A DNA stretch of 63,934 bases, the filler included, from an uncultured Methanosarcinales archaeon (GTDB lineage Archaea; Nanobdellota; Nanobdellia; Woesearchaeales; CAZKBD01), in NCBI GenBank assembly GCA_964550945.1. It is 13 parts of 13 records of this genome, joined end to end, with 100 filler letters (N's around TTAATTAATTAA, not from the genome) between each part and the next. Parts side by side here need not be neighbours in the genome. Positions count along the whole stretch, not along the records: positions 61,657 to 63,934 come from CAZKBD010000155.1; 12 more parts are not named here. The stretch is one strand, 5' to 3'. The translations under genes were made by a program, and so were the position numbers. How positions within the stretch are numbered: position 1 is the stretch's first letter; each line of letters begins with the position of its first letter. Positions 63,277 to 63,934 of this stretch are shown piece after piece. A model generated the notes under the pieces. The model had not been told where the DNA came from and did no database searches. It saw only the letters and a list, made by a program, of their open reading frames with translations.

Positions 63277-63934
63277 TTACCCCCTTAGTGCTTTTTTGAT
63301 ATCTGCTATTAGCCTATTTTCATGTATGCCGAAGTGCTTATACAGCTGCTCAGCTTGTGCTGATTTGCTAAATTGGTCTGCTGGCATTCCTATGCTTATT
63401 CTTTGGTACATAGGGACATTTTCTCTTTCCCGATGGTACTTCAAAAGCATAGAATCCACTTCCTTGGCAACCCCTGTATCCACATTATGGTCTTCAAATG
63501 TGATGATCATATTAGCTTGTGCAATGTAAGCTGCAATCTCATCGGGTAAATCCTTTGGAGTTGGGACATTAACAACCTTAACCTCTATTCCATCTTCGTG
63601 CAAAGCATCAGCAGCCTTAACAGCCCTAAATGTAGGCGTTCCGTAAGTCACTATCACAGCATCCCTGCCATAATCTCTAAGTACATCAAAACTCTTTGGT
63701 TTAAAAACATAATCAACATCAAAAAATGGCTCATTAGACCCTTGTTTAGTTATAATGCCCAATTCAGATCTTCCAACAGCTAGGTGCATACACCCTTGAT
63801 TTGCTGCCATATATCTTACAACAGCATCAGTCTGGTTTGCATCTGCTGGGCAGAATGTTTGCCAGCCATGTGTAGACAACTTAAGATAATCAGTAGGTGA
63901 ATGGGTTTTGCCGTCTTCACCAACATCAATTGAA
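63277..63934 (-). CDS. tkt: Transketolase C-terminal region (5' partial)
   Basis: VGEDGKTH, PADANQT and FEDHNVDTG motifs; frame open to the window end. Confidence 0.8.
   Translation of the reverse strand, partial: SIDVGEDGKTHSPTDYLKLSTHGWQTFCPADANQTDAVVRYMAANQGCMHLAVGRSELGIITKQGSNEPFFDVDYVFKPKSFDVLRDYGRDAVIVTYGTPTFRAVKAADALHEDGIEVKVVNVPTPKDLPDEIAAYIAQANMIITFEDHNVDTGVAKEVDSMLLKYHRERENVPMYQRISIGMPADQFSKSAQAEQLYKHFGIHENRLIADIKKALRG

Overview
This window is not contiguous genome. It is 13 short assembly contigs (about 4.7-5.4 kb, in decreasing size order) joined by artificial 100-bp linkers (44 N + TTAATTAATTAA + 44 N), so gene neighbourhood is meaningful only within a contig. The content is archaeal and most consistent with a DPANN Woesearchaeota-like organism (inference): Methanococcus-type S-layer protein, TBP, intein-containing MCM, Rpp30, archaeal-type IleRS, SMC, TATA promoters and GGTGA Shine-Dalgarno sites. 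Accessory content includes a heptose-type sugar cluster (GmhA, RfaE-like kinase, HAD phosphatase, an uncharacterised DHS-fold-like protein) and several giant secreted proteins (subtilase, beta-helix proteins, a GH10 xylanase). There are also two B12 radical SAM enzymes, a serpin, two toxin-antitoxin pairs and a nuclease-rich putative defence contig whose DpnI-like gene is cut by a repeated hairpin element. Three signals stand out. (1) A ribbon-helix-helix protein fused to an apparently catalytically dead nucleotidyltransferase domain, with two matching GTATGA-N5-TCATAC operators at its own promoter and at a divergent gmhA-like gene. (2) A compact pentameric ligand-gated ion channel with GLIC-like pore residues. 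(3) A translationally coupled MazG-like / PD-(D/E)XK / RNase J-like operon in the defence contig. No rRNA, tRNA, CRISPR array or reverse transcriptase was found. All family assignments are by eye from motifs, with no database search.
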